NCBI GenBank assembly: GCA_001244265.2
Contig: CDLV01000010.1
Location: 62,001 to 126,000, forward strand
Reading direction: 5' to 3'
DNA length: 64,000 nucleotides
From: Microbotryum violaceum
Lineage: Eukaryota
The notes below the pieces were generated by a model. It had not been told where the DNA came from. It did no database searches and was given only the letters and a program-made list of their open reading frames with translations. Shown piece by piece: positions 41,184-54,143 of the stretch (positions are counted from its first letter, which is position 1; each line of letters opens with the position of its first letter). Made by a program: the position numbers and the translations under genes.

Positions 41184-43092
41184 TCATTTCCTCCCCTTCA
41201 CAAGAACGGCACCTCTCGCGCCAGCGCCTCCAAAACTGTTGTCGTAGGACCAGCTCCAGCCTTCTCTGTCTAAAAGCTTGATCACCGCCGGTAGCAGGAT
41301 CGCGACTTGGTTCGTCGAGTGCATGCCGACACCGGTGATGATGCGTAATGGAGATGGGGAAAGAGCACCTGTGTAGCCAAAGGTGCAGCACGGATGAGGT
41401 TAGCTCCAAGCAAAGCACCTCCACGACACCTTCACTCCAGCAAACGCACCATGATTAACCCTCCACCACTCATCCAAGCTATCCCTCGTCACCGCCATGG
41501 CCTCATTCATCGTCAACCCATGCAAATCTAACCCCCTCCCACCCCCCATCCCATCCTTCAACGCCCTCTCCCTAACCAAAGCCACAGCCTTCCTCTCCGT
41601 CCAAACTTTCCTCTTGGCATCCAGTTTCCTTGATTCTTCGGCCCAGTAAGAAGCAGCTCCTCGTTCCCCTATTCCACCTTTTTGAAAGTGGGTTGCTGCT
41701 GACCTAAGAGCGAGGTTTCGCTTGTGAAGGTATTCCAATTCGAGGGCCGAGCATTCGGTAAAGGTGTGGCGTTCTTTCCTTTGCACTACAGGTTGTGTCC
41801 TAGGATTCGGTACGACGGTAATTGGGCTGGCTGTTGTTGTCGATGACGTTGACGAGAAGGTCGGACCGGTCGTCGTGAATTGAGAAGGTTCAGTCGAATC
41901 CAACTGCAAAATCTCGGACCAGACCAATCTCCCTTGGGAGTTTTCGATCTCCTGAATCGTCGCTTCCAAATCCATCGCATCGGCTACGTCACCCTCCGTA
42001 GAGGAGAGCAGCATCTCTAATCTTTCCTCTGTAAGGTGAGGCAAGACGACTCCTAATGAATCGCGCAGATCGATCGGACTCTGTTCCTCTTTGTTTGAAA
42101 GTGAGTCGAAGGGGCGTTCGGCCGTTAAGGCATGCAGTAACCTCGCCAGCGTGAGAGGCAGGGAAGACGACGACTTGTGGTAGGTTGATACGATCCTTGA
42201 TTCGGATACATGGAGCAACGTTGCCAGGTTGGAAGCGTGGGACGAGATGGACGCCCACCGGTTTTCGATCGGCCGCGCCGCGATGATGGGTGAAGAAGGA
42301 GTGGAATCATAGCTTGCCGCTGATAAGGCGGGCGAATGCGGTGGGAGATGTGGTGTAGAAGTAAGGGACAGCGTCGAAGAAGCTTTCTGAGCCGCCTTTA
42401 TCCGCTTGCGTTGTTGTTTCGATACGACGGGAGAGTTCAATGTCGGCGGGGGGAGCGGCGTTTCCTCCCTCTGAGCTTCTTTAAGTAACCCACTGGAGAG
42501 TAATTCATCGACGACAATCTCAACGTCTCCGGAAGACGACTCAAGATGTTGCTGCAACAACTCGATCGATTCGTTGGGGAAGACCGACGATAGGAACGCC
42601 AAGGGATCATCGGGTCGGTACGAAGATCTTTCGGAATCACTTCGATTCGAAGGGGTCGTGCCTTGCGTCGTCGAGGACTCGTCCCCATTCAATGACCAGA
42701 CTTCCAAGGTCTTGCCTAGGTCCAAGTCTTCGGCGAGGGTTGATGTCGTGTCGGAGGTCGTGGTCGTGGTGGTCGTGGTGGAGACTCCTGTCCCGTCCCT
42801 GCCGTCATCCTCGTGATCAGGTGTGGATTGTATCTCGGCATCGCTGGCCAGTGAGCTCAAGGTCGATTTGATGGCCTTAATCTCATCTTGGGAAGGTGTC
42901 GAGGGAAGGTCGAGCAACAAAGCATGTACGAGCGCCGAATCGAGCGGAGGACAGAATTGCCGCTGATTGCATCGGATGGGCGAGAGGAAGGAGCATCAGC
43001 TGGGGTTATCGATTTGATGGTAACCTGGTCAGACTGACGACGAGTTTATCGCTGACGGGCTCCCCGCTTGTACCGCTTGGTATTGTGGCCAT
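41184..43092 (-). CDS. CUE/UBA-like plus Smr domain protein (Cue2/N4BP2-like endonuclease)
   Basis: QFCPPLDSALV; CUE-like FLSSVFP...LESSSGDVEIVVDELL; Smr LDLHGLTMNEA...EWW.../LRIITGVGMHS...AVIKLLDREGW; stop at 41184-41186. Confidence 0.85.
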
Positions 43093-43809
43093 CGCTTCGT
43101 AGTCGAGGTCGATGAGCCCGGTCAGACGCGATGACGTCGCCGACGCAGGGCACGGAGCAGCGGAGGACAGCAGCGGACGAGGCTGCAGGAAGCAAGAGAT
43201 CTGTGGTTGAGTACAGTACCGAGGATGTTTCGAGGGAGAACAAAAGGAACTGACCCGTAGCGGAGCAAATGGGCTGTTTGGCGATGCCAGTGCGAAAGGA
43301 GACCTCCCGCTGGCTCGCACGGGTGGCACTGCAACTGCTGATCGAGCTCCGGGCGATCGCCTCGATGGTGGCGCGTTGTGGAGGCGGAGGCGGAGGCGGA
43401 GGCGGTCCGTGCGCGCGGGGAAATGCCGGCGAAAGCTGGCCATGCACTAGTATTAATCTCTACTAATGCAATACTAATAGCACTTCGATCACTAATTGCG
43501 CACTCGGCGCAGCTCCAGCTCCCGCTTCGCTCATCGTCTTGTCCACCCACTGACTGGCAACACACGGTGTCGTCACATCAAGCACAAGCTGAAAGGTATC
43601 TGCTTGAGATACACTTTGTCCCATCCAACACCTGGCCGGCCCCTCGCTGTAGGAATCCAGACCTCCGCCGCGCCTGCTTCCGCGATCCATCATTCAACTC
43701 GAGCTCCGCTCCAAGTACGAGGAACATCAGTCCGCATCATCCAACACGACGGACACCCCCACTCTCCCATCTCCACGCTCATTGCGCTACTCATATCGAA
43801 GTAATTGAC

Positions 43810-46440
43810 ATGGCTTCCTCCCCGACTCGCCCCGAAGTAGCGATCCTGTGCCATTCGCCCGCGCTCAACGCCCTCAAACGACCGCAGCTCGTCGCGCTCG
43901 CCAAGGAGTTTGGCTTAAAGGCCAGTGGCAAGGTGAGCACATGTCGACTGTATTGAGACAAGTTTTGGTATATCCCTGACTGAACCGATCTTGAGCAGAA
44001 CGTCGAATTGATCGAGCGACTCAAGCAACATGGACAGGAGCTCGCGCGCAAACCTCGAGCTTCGACGACGACTCCCGATCAAGAGGCAGAGGAGGAGACG
44101 AGCTGGATGGTCCTTGATGAACACGAGGCCAACGCCAATTCGAATCAAGAAATGGACGTCGAAATGGGTATGCAGGAGTTTGGAGTCGAAGCAGAATGTG
44201 AGCTCGCAAGCATCGATTGTGAATCCTGCCTTGAGTACTTTGGGCTGATTGCTCGACGTCCCGCCTTTAAAAGTCTTAGCAGGTGACAAGTCGACGATTC
44301 CCACTTCTTCCTCAAACAGTTCGCTGGCATCGACGATCCGATCCGTTGGCGGGTCGCTCCTGCGCAAGCTCAAGTCGACGACGAATCTCCAAAAGTCGTC
44401 TTCCCAGTCTTCACTGGCAAAACTCGCAACGCCGTCGAGTCCGACAAAGGCTGAACCACCGTCCCATACATCCCCATTCCGACCTTCGACACCCAAGATC
44501 TACCCTTCCCTGACACCTCAATCGATCGCTTCCTACTCGCCTATCGCCCTCGGAGCGCGAGATCATGACATGTCGGAAGTGACGCCCGACACCCAAAGTA
44601 TTGAACCCGACTCTTCCTTTTCAACTTTCAGCACCACGACCTCGTCATCGGATGCTTCCTCATTCCACCTCGGAACTGGTATTCGTCTCGTTTCTCGACC
44701 AACGGACTATGGCCCCTCGGCCTCGACTAGGACTCTTCCTCTGCCCATGACGACTCCGATGCCTTCCGCAGAGACCGCAGAGCTTTCGAGCGGCTCTGAC
44801 TGTGAACGAGATTACGCCTTTGTGTCTATCCCCCAAGGCACCACGCATGTGACCACGCTGGCACCCGTCTCACCCGAGCTGTCCAAGCCATCAACGAACG
44901 ACGCTCGCTTCATCTTTGGCTCGCCTTTGCCCAAGCCCCAATCGGATTTTACTTTCAGCCTCTCTCCCGGGCCTTCGATTGAACCTTTGCTCGCTCCGGC
45001 CACGATTATGAAAACCGAACCCTCGCCGATTGCAGCAGGAAACGAAGGCGTCGTCCGCTCGAAATCTACGACCGAGCTCGTAATGGAAGAGATGAATCGC
45101 CGAGCGCTCGAATCGCTCGCTCAATCTTCAACCTTGAACCAAAGTATCACCTCCCTATCCCATTCCACCTCGACCCATCGACTCGCATCAGGCTCCGACG
45201 CCAAAGGTAATAACAAGAGGATGTTTGATGCCTCGCATCGCAAAGTGTTCGACAGGATGCAAGGAATCGATACCCATTACGCGGCGAAGAGACCTCGTGA
45301 AGTGACGAGGAACCACAACACCATATCGACTTCAACTTCGACGGGGATCTTCCGCTCTACCTCCTCGAAATCGCTTTTCTACAAAGGTGATGACGAGGAC
45401 GATATCTCGAGGAGTAACAAGAAGCCCAAATTGGCGAGTTTGGCGCTGAGCCCTTCGATCAGCTCAAAACGATTGTTTGGCACTGCGTCTTCGACGATCG
45501 GTTCCAACCCGATGAAGCAGAGTCCGGAGAAAGTTGCGAGTGCGCTGAGGGAACAAGGCTGGTTGGGCGTCAGCGACGCAAATCGATTGGGTACCACATC
45601 CGGGGCGTCCTCTTTGGGAACTTTGTCGAAGAACGGAAATAAGGAACAGAGGGAAGAGGAGAGAGAAGAGGTCAGGAGAAAGTTGGGAATGCTCAAGCAT
45701 CAGAGGAGGAAGAGTCAGGCGCAACAATCGCGGAAGAAGAGGGTCTCGTTGGGTCGTGAGTTGCACCATGCAGGTACTCTGATCAAGAGTAAACCTAATA
45801 AATCTTTCGTTGTGCATCCTCAGCCACTCCAAAGTCGAGCGGGAGTTTGACAAAGACCCTCTTTCGCGCAACGTTCGGCAGCAAGTCATCCACGAGGGAG
45901 GTGCCGCCCGTACCCTCGAGCGTTTCCAGACCACCTCCCGTGCCCGTCGTACCTTCCGTTCTGGCTCGCTCGACGACAACCAACGATCTTCGAGCCTCGA
46001 CGAGTTCCCTCTCCCGCCCCAAGCCGGCCCATGCTGCAGTTAGCATCGGAACGATCCGACCCAAATTCGATCTCCAAGCCTCGCTCAAACGCAAGCCCGT
46101 AGGCTATACCCCTAAACTCCGTCCACTATCCACGTCTGAATCGTCAACCCACAAGCTCGAATCAGCGGCTACGACCCGGCCCATTTCATCGAGCTTGTTC
46201 GCTCCGACCTTTGCCTCGTCATCGAAGCAGCTCCCTCCTTCGACGAGGATCTTGGGCTCGAGTGTCAAAGCCAACGTCGCTTCGTTGCAAACGACTTCGC
46301 CGATGGTCGTCAAGAAGGCTGGGACGTTGCAGTGCAAGTTGGTCGGACGTAGTCAAGCGAGTCTCGCTGGTCGAGGTGGAGCACTTGGGTCGACGTCCGC
46401 TCGCGCTGCGGCTACGATCGCACCATCCAAAGTCGAATAG
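43810..46440 (+). CDS. NuSAP1-like protein (N-terminal SAP-like helix, basic C-terminus); putative spindle/microtubule-associated protein
   Basis: LNALKRPQLVALAKEFGLKASGK/NVELIERLK; FDASHRKVFDRMQGIDTHYAAKR; KFDLQASLKRKPVGYTPKLRP. The gene is clear; the family call is inferred from three short motifs. Confidence 0.65.
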
Positions 46441-47054
46441 AGTACCCGGGGAGGGGCGCAATGTAAGGGCTTTGCAGTTTTTGAGTTCTCTGGATTTGCT
46501 AGATCTTGTTGTAAATAAATGAAATGACATTCGCATTCTTTTGTAAATTCGTGCACCGCCTTGACAAGGAGTCGCTAACTGCTTTTGGTTTTGGAGCGGT
46601 CCCGGAAAAGAAAGGATGCCAGCGGCCTCTCGCGCACGGCTGGACGCTTGAAAGGCCAGGCGCGCGAAAGCCCCTGTCATCAACGAGTGCTTGCGCCAAA
46701 GCCACGGAGAATGATGTCAGATCCGAATTTGGTCAAGAAAACAAACCTTGATTTGGGCACCGCCTCTATTTCGGTGTCTCAGTCCTTGGCCGCAGCATTA
46801 GACGGGCTTGGTCCTAATACCTGTAAAGGCGGGGGCCTGGAACCCCATGCCCGCGTTGGCCATTTCACCGCTTTGGGCGAAGAGTGGCGCGCGTCGCACG
46901 GCCGGTGGCACCAAAGCAGCAGCGACGCGCCCGCGACTTGCCAGCCGCGTCGAAATTGCTCTAAAGTCACCAAGAGCCTCGTCGACGTAACTGCTATGTT
47001 TCTCCTTCAGTCTCTTCCATCCCTACCTACCAAAATTATCCCAGTTCAGAAGCG

Positions 47055-48259
47055 ATGTTGTCCTCACCCGAAGCGATGTTGTCCTCACCATCACCCAGCA
47101 ACACAGCGTGGATGACTCACACTCGTTCGACGTCGCTCGACCTCTCACCTTCGATCTCGACCGTCTTGGGATCGCCCCTGACAACGGACTTTCCTTTCCC
47201 CAGCGTCGGCAATGGCATCATCAGCGGTGATGACGGCGCCTCAGGCTCCAGCTCCGCACTCAGCTCCAGTCCAGCGCTCGGTTACGGTTCACCAAGATGG
47301 TCAACGATCCCAGTCGCCCCTTATAGCCCACCACCGATGTACGCACCCCCAGGTGCGATCTTTAGCCTCGGCGTTCCAGGAACTCCGAGCATGGTCTTTC
47401 TCGGTCCGGGTGGTGGAACCGCGGCGGGCGTCTTTTGCGACAGTCTTGCCTCACGGAGGAATTCGAGGCATCCCAAAGCCTCGAAGTTGCTTGAGCGCTC
47501 GTATCTGCAAGGGGTCGAGTGTTTGTTATTGGTCGAAATCATGTCAGTCTATGTCCTGGTACCCTTGTTGACCACTCGACACTGACAGAGATTTGTTCAC
47601 AGCGCTTCGATCATCCTGATCCTCCTCTATTTCCACCTCTACGCGTTCTCGGAACCGTCCTCCCCGAGCGGCCCCATCAACCGAGGCCCAGCGGCCGAAC
47701 CCTCCGCCCGCCAACCCTCAAGACCTTTCCTCGCCTTCATCCCTACACCCACTTCGCAACCTTCTACTCTTCTCGCCACCTCGGCGTATCTGTGCCTTGT
47801 GGCCGCTTTTAGGACGGGCGTTCATCGGATCGTACTCTCTCTCGATCCCGTCAGCGGGATGGACAACCTCGATGGAGGGAAGGGTTTGGCGGTGCCGATG
47901 GCTACACTAGGTGAGTAATCTAACCCCAATTATGGATATCCATACATGTGCTGAAACTGACTCATTCATACTCCACTCTCAGGCGCTGCGGTAGGGATCA
48001 TGCATCTCCCTTTGCTAGTGACGCTCCGACACCCGACGATCATATTCGGCGTCGCCGCCTGGGGTCTCACTGCGCTCCTCGTCGGTGGGATCCTCTACGA
48101 GTCAGTACTTCGCTTTGTCATCTCAACGCATACCTTCTGGATACTAATTTACTCTCATCTTCTGTACACAGCTCTCTCCGCCGCGCCACGAACCTCGAAG
48201 ACGCGTGCAATGGTGATCTCGCGAGCTTGCCAGAAGACAAGGAGATGGGCGCATCATGA
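47055..48259 (+). CDS. Hypothetical multi-pass membrane protein
   Basis: Four exons join in frame (intron 47543-47601 and two more). Hydrophobic segments: CLLLVEIIASIILILLYFHLYAF, LLATSAYLCLVAAF, LAVPMATLGAAVGIMHLPLLV, IIFGVAAWGLTALLVGGIL. The start lies in a 21-nt tandem duplication (ATG 47055 or 47076). Confidence 0.6.
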
Positions 48260-49979
48260 TCGAGAGTCGAACGCGCTGGAGCAGCGGTGAATCATTGCCG
48301 GAAGATAGGGTGTTTATACAAAGTGTTCATTACTTTTATGTTGTGTGACTAGATAACCAATGACCAATGAAGCAATCTTGGAGCCTCATGACGGAAGTAG
48401 GAGATGTTGATTGCGTTTGCCGAAGCGTCCGCCCGGGAGCAGCGCCCATTTCTCCGGGGATCTGGTAGATCGTATCTACTCACGTTGCTCCCCACTGCAA
48501 CAAGTTCGAAGCACCGTAGGCTAGCAAATCCTCAAAGACGAGATATCAAGTTTTCCGTATGCTGGGAAGTCGTAGAAGCATGTATGCGCAGCCAATCCAG
48601 GGCGGCGTCGAGACTTACTGGGTCTCATGGTCTCCGGTAGGCGGAAAATAATCGGAAGAATCACCAGATCATGCACACGAAAAACAGATGATCCCATTCT
48701 AACAATGGGTTGAAGAAGAAAACGTCAGCAAAGCGATCACCTAAGGTCTGTCGAGAGGAGGCCGATGCCGAAAGGAGGATAGACGTCGAGGCCGAGAAAG
48801 GTGCCGAAGGTGCAAGAATACGAGAGCGCGTTCGAGAAAGGAGAGGGACTCACCTTGGTATTTCCGTTCTACTTAAAATATCCTAGCTTGAGTGGAAAGA
48901 CGATGTGGTTAAGAATTGATGATGCCGGCGATGGTGTGCGAGCGCGGAAGCACGTCCCATCTGGCGCAAAGGCGCGTCGACGGGATCTCCGCCGCCACGA
49001 AGCAGTGACATGGCACAAGGCTGCCGATGATTTGGACTCAAATATGAGCACTCACATATCAAGGGGCTGTGTTATAGGCGATCCTGAGGAGCCCCTGAGC
49101 GAACAGCAACGGGGATGCGTAACTGAGACTCGATGATGTCTGGCCTAGGCGAAGGAGCAAGGTGGCGGTTTGCGCTGGCCCTCTGTCGAGCAGTGCCGTT
49201 CAGCGGAGGAGGAAAGAGCTTCCATTACAGCAAGGAGATGACACTTGACGAAGATGGTCCTTCGGCTGGTACAGGGTCATGGCGAGTTCCTCCGATAAGA
49301 TCGCCGGGGGAAAGCGCGTGGCACCACGTCGAAACCCACCCGACTCGGAGCAGCGGATCTCGGTCAGCCCCCAACTTACCTCTTGTCAACAGCTGTCAAC
49401 AATAGACGAGGCCAAATCATGGCAGTCAGTCGACGCGTCCGAAAAAGCACGCACTCTCGGTGATGTGGAATCCCCGTTAAATAGCTCCGAGGCCGGTTTG
49501 AAGCTAGGGCACGTCGCACGGTCCCCGGCCTTGAATGAATGGCGTTATGCATGACGGTGGCCGAGCCACCGCACTACGGTGGCACAGAAAATGGAGGCTT
49601 TTGCCGGTGAGTGAAAACCGTGATGCGGAATATTATTTGAACACGGTGAAGAGAAGAATACAAGTACATAAGAGTGGGACTGATTGACTCTGAAAGGATC
49701 ACCGAGCAAAACGGTTTCGCGACTACAATTGCGACAGTTCTTCCTGATACGCCGGGTTAATTCACTAGTAGGTGTCTATGCGCGATTTGCGAGACCTGGT
49801 AAATTTACCCGAGTCGGAGCACGGGCGGTCGCCAGGTCAGCTGTCCCATTTTAACGACGGCGTCAGGCCGGCTGACGGCAGAATCGACTCAGTCATCGAG
49901 TCCAGTCAATCGCGCGCGATTTTGGTCGGGCGTGGTTCCTCTCACTCGCCGGGATCAAGACCATGTTGATCTCAAAAAA

Positions 49980-50053
49980 GGAGATTGCACTCCTTATTCA
50001 ATCTGACACCAGGCTGGAGATTGCACTCCTTATTCAATCTGAAACCAGGCTGG
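49980..50053. repeat. 36-nt tandem duplication
   Basis: ggagattgcactccttattcaatctga(c/a)accaggct, two copies. Confidence 0.9.
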
Positions 50054-51890
50054 GCTTGACGGCGCGTCCGTTGGACCGCGAAAGATCTGCCACGTGGCCG
50101 GAAAAATACCGAGATTCTGCCGCCCCGGCAATGATCGCGTGGGCGCTGAGATCGCTGGGAGGCTTAAAAACCCAATTGAGCCGCGCGTTGTCGGCCCGTT
50201 CGCTCATCTCAGATCGAGTTCCGCCCTCACTCGAGTCCGCGGCAGAATAGCCGTGTACGAGATCTGTTCCGCACTCATTGACCCGGATCGATCTTTATAA
50301 GTCTAGCAGTGGCACATTTTTCTGCTGTCGGACGTGGCCCAGGATTTGCCGTCCTGATACCTAGTAGGTACACAAAAGGAAGTGATGCAGAGCAAGATCA
50401 TGTGTGGAATGACAGTGGGACCAGAGACACATTGAGCGATGCGTGTACAGGATCGTGTCGGCCGGTGCAGTGAGAGCCATGCAGACGGCCCGTTTCCCGG
50501 GAGTGGTCAACCGCCGCGATTAGGAGTTACGATTCGCACACCTCGCGCGCTGGAGGCACTGGGCTTTCATCAACGAAGTCCGACTTAAAACCTTGTTACA
50601 TGTTAGTGGGGACCGGTTGCGCCGGCTCGAATCGTCCCGGCCCCACTGTTAGTCGTCCCATGACGCAGCTCGGCGGGATTGTGCTAATCTTTCACCGGTT
50701 CCTGCTGCCACAAGATTGCCGCGCACCCCACTCGTGTCCGATCAGAGGTGAATGTCATGTCGCGAGACATCGATGGGGCACACCCGGGAAAGGTTTCCGG
50801 TTCGGAGATTCCGAGATACCCGGTCGGGGCTCCAGCCCGGGATCAGCGTCTCACATCCGAGACCAAGGGGAATTTACCTGGTCCGAGCGTCGCCGCGGAT
50901 GAATTAATGACCGGGGTCCCGGCTTTGCATTTCACCTTCACTTGTAATACGTGGTTACGATGAGATTATCTTAAACGTAGGAGTCCAGGTACAAGTTGTA
51001 GAACATCACTCGTTCTGCAGTGAAATTGCACTGTACTACTCCAACTGGGCAGCTGCCAGCCATTGCCGCTGAGCATCGACGTCATTCGTTTCGCAGCCAG
51101 TCATCGGTCACCTGACCAGGCAGAGCAGACGCCAGCGCTAGCAGCGGCAGAAATCTGATTCGTCCTCGGGCAGCTGGACAAAACAGGTCTAGGCACCAGA
51201 AGATCGGCGCTCACGCATGCTTGCGCTCGGGCCTGCCGTTGAGTAGTGCTTCACCATATTAGCAAGATCATTCTTCACCGCCAGATTGGGTATTTTCCCA
51301 CTTCCATTCGTCCGTGATGTGGGCAGGCCTAGGGGCCAAGGCGAACGGGCAAGGATGAATACCTCGCATTGGCAACTCGTTCGCGGACCAATTGGCAAAT
51401 CGATGGGGTGAAGAGATGGGAAAGGCGATCGGAAATCGCCCAGCAAATGGCCAGCCCGCGGTCTTTTTTGGGGCTTTGGGGTTTTGTGGGGCAAGCGCGC
51501 CAATAAAGAGGAGGGCCAGCTCGAGTTTTGGACCGGGAAACGTGGGGCCACGGGCCCACGACTGCGATCGAGACAGGAAAACGCCGCTACTTCAGGAGAT
51601 CTACGGGGCGGTGGCTAGCGAGTCTGGGGCTGGGCCTGAAAAGCCCCTTGTGATGCCCCGTTAATGTCCGCTTTCCCTTTCACTGCCTTTCTCCCTTCTC
51701 TCAACCTCATCCCCTCTCTGGCTTGTGACCCCACCCCGTATCTTTCCTTCCTCGCCAGCCTTCTCTCACAGAGTGTTCTAGCCGTGGTGACTCTTTGACT
51801 TGGTCCCTCTCTGACCGACCTTGTCCCGTTTCGCCTGTCGCACGCCTGAGCACCCCCCACACACCCCGCCACCCCAAGGATCTGCCCACG

Positions 51891-54143
51891 ATGCCCATCT
51901 CCTCCACCACCAACCACGACTTTGACAAGTCGGTCAGCACCGGCATGGTTGACGCCAGCCAGGTCCACAAGACCGTCGTCCCTGAGTGAGTCCTGTTTGA
52001 CGGCCTTCTAAGTTCAGGGGCCGCGTGACCCAACCGGGCGCGGCGCCACTCCTTCGGGGCACCGCTCGGCTGTGGAGTTATTCTGCCACGCGAGCACAGG
52101 AGGCGCTCGCCGGTGCTTCCCTCCTCCCGAGAACATACCTGGGCCATAAATCTTCTTGCTGACTACTTCGATATTGTTCGTGCATTACTTCACAGTCCTC
52201 AAATGCTGGAGAATGTTTCTACTAATCTCGGCGAGACGACCGTTAACGATGCCGCTGAGACCGCCATTAAGGAGCGCCAAATGACCATGTTCCAGGCCAT
52301 CAAGGCGTACCCTTACGCCTGCGCTTGGTCCATGTTGTTCTCGACCGCGATCATCATGGAAGGCTTCGACTTCACCATGATCTTCTCCTTCTACGCTCTC
52401 CCCGCCTTCCAAAAGAAGTTCGGTGTCCCCATCGGTGGCGGCAAATACGTGATTACCCCCGCATGGCAAACCGGTCTCTCGAACGGTGCTCAGGTCGGCT
52501 CCATTCTCGGTCTCATGGTCAACGGTTGGGCTTGCGATCGCTTCGGATACAAGAAAACCATCTGCACTTCGCTCGTCCTCATCACCTGCTTCATCTTCAT
52601 CACCTTCTTCTCGGTTAGCCTTCCCATGCTTCTCGTCGGCGAAATGTTATGCGGTATCCCATGTAAGCCCTTTTGAGTCGACGCGGATGCCATTCTCCAA
52701 TACTTTGACTAACTCATCTTCGCTTTCTGTCATGGCCGCCTCACAGGGGGTGTTTTCCAGACTTTGACCACTGCCTACGCCGCCGAGGTCTGCCCCGCCC
52801 CGCTCCGTCCTTACCTCACGACCTACGTCAATCTCTGCTGGGTCATGGGGCAGTTTATCTCCTCCGGCGTCTTGAAGGGCGTTTCGGGCATGAACGAGAA
52901 CGACCAATGGGCTTACCGCATCCCCTTCGCTTTGCAATGGGTGAGTGGCGTGCCTGCCTCGACAGAGATTTTCAACTTTCGGTCCTGATCCGCCTCTTCA
53001 TTTCAGATCTGGCCCCTGCCTATCCTCGCCTGTGCCATTTTCGCTCCCGAGTCGCCTTGGTGGTTGGTTCGCCAAGGTCGCCTCGCCGACGCCGCCAACT
53101 CGTTGACCCGTCTCGGTTCGCTTTCTGCTGAGGGCTTTGTCGATGTCGACGCCAAGATTAACCAGATGATCTTCACCAACGAGATGGAGAGGGAAATCAA
53201 CGCCGGCACGACCTACTTTGACTGCTTCAAGGGCACCAACTTGCGCCGTACTGAGATTGTCTGCATGGTCTGGATGATCCAAACCCTGGCCGGCTCGGGT
53301 TTCATTGGCTACTCAACGACCTTCTTCGAACGCGCTGGCTTGTCCAGTTCTAACGCATTCTCGCTCTCGCTCGGCAACTACGCTCTTGGTGCCGTTGGCA
53401 CGATCTCGTCGTGGTGGACCATGCAGTGGTTTGGCCGCCGCGACCTCTACATGTGGGGTCTCTTAGCAATGAGCATCGTTCTCTTTGGTGTCGGTGGCTC
53501 CGGTTTCGGCAAATCTTCGGGCGCGTCGTGGGCTTCGGGTGCTCTCATCGTCGTTTACTCGTTCCTGTACCAATTCACAGTCGGCCCCGTGTGCTACTGC
53601 CTCGTCGCCGAGATCCCGTCGACGCGTCTTCGTGCTAAGTCGGTCGTGCTCGCCCGCACCTCGTACAACATCATTGGCATCATCAACAACATCATCTTCC
53701 CGCGCATGCTTTCGCCCCTCTCGTGGAACTGGAATGCCAAGGTGAGACCTTTCTCTTTCCCTCTCGCACCGTGAGCTTGACCCCTCGGTGGATCGTGTTG
53801 CTCACCAATCTCTTTTGTTGTGTGACTTCCTTACAGGCCGGTTTCTTCTGGGGTGCTTCGTGCCTCCTGTGCACAATCTGGTGCTTCTTCCGCCTCCCAG
53901 AGCCTAAGGGTCGCGTGAGTTTGCACCCACTGTCTGGAGCCCAGCGTCTCTTCCTCACGTCTTCGCTGCGCTGTACTGATCGATACATTGTATCTGTGTG
54001 CCTTCCCGTAGTCGTACTTGGAGCTCGACATCATGTTTGAAGACCGGATTAGCGCACGACACTTCAAGACGACTGCTGTAGATGTACGAGCCCATGCCCG
54101 ATCGGATGAGAAGCACTATGAACCCATGGGCGGCGTCCATTAA
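51891..54143 (+). CDS. MFS sugar porter, maltose/alpha-glucoside:H+ symporter family
   Basis: WSMLFSTAIIMEGFD; FYALPAFQKKFG; DRFGYKK; AYAAEVCPAPLRPYLTTYVNLCWVMGQ; YRIPFALQW; PESPWWLVR; CFKGTNLRRTEI; AEIPSTRLR; LPEPKGR/SYLELDIMF. Confidence 0.93.
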
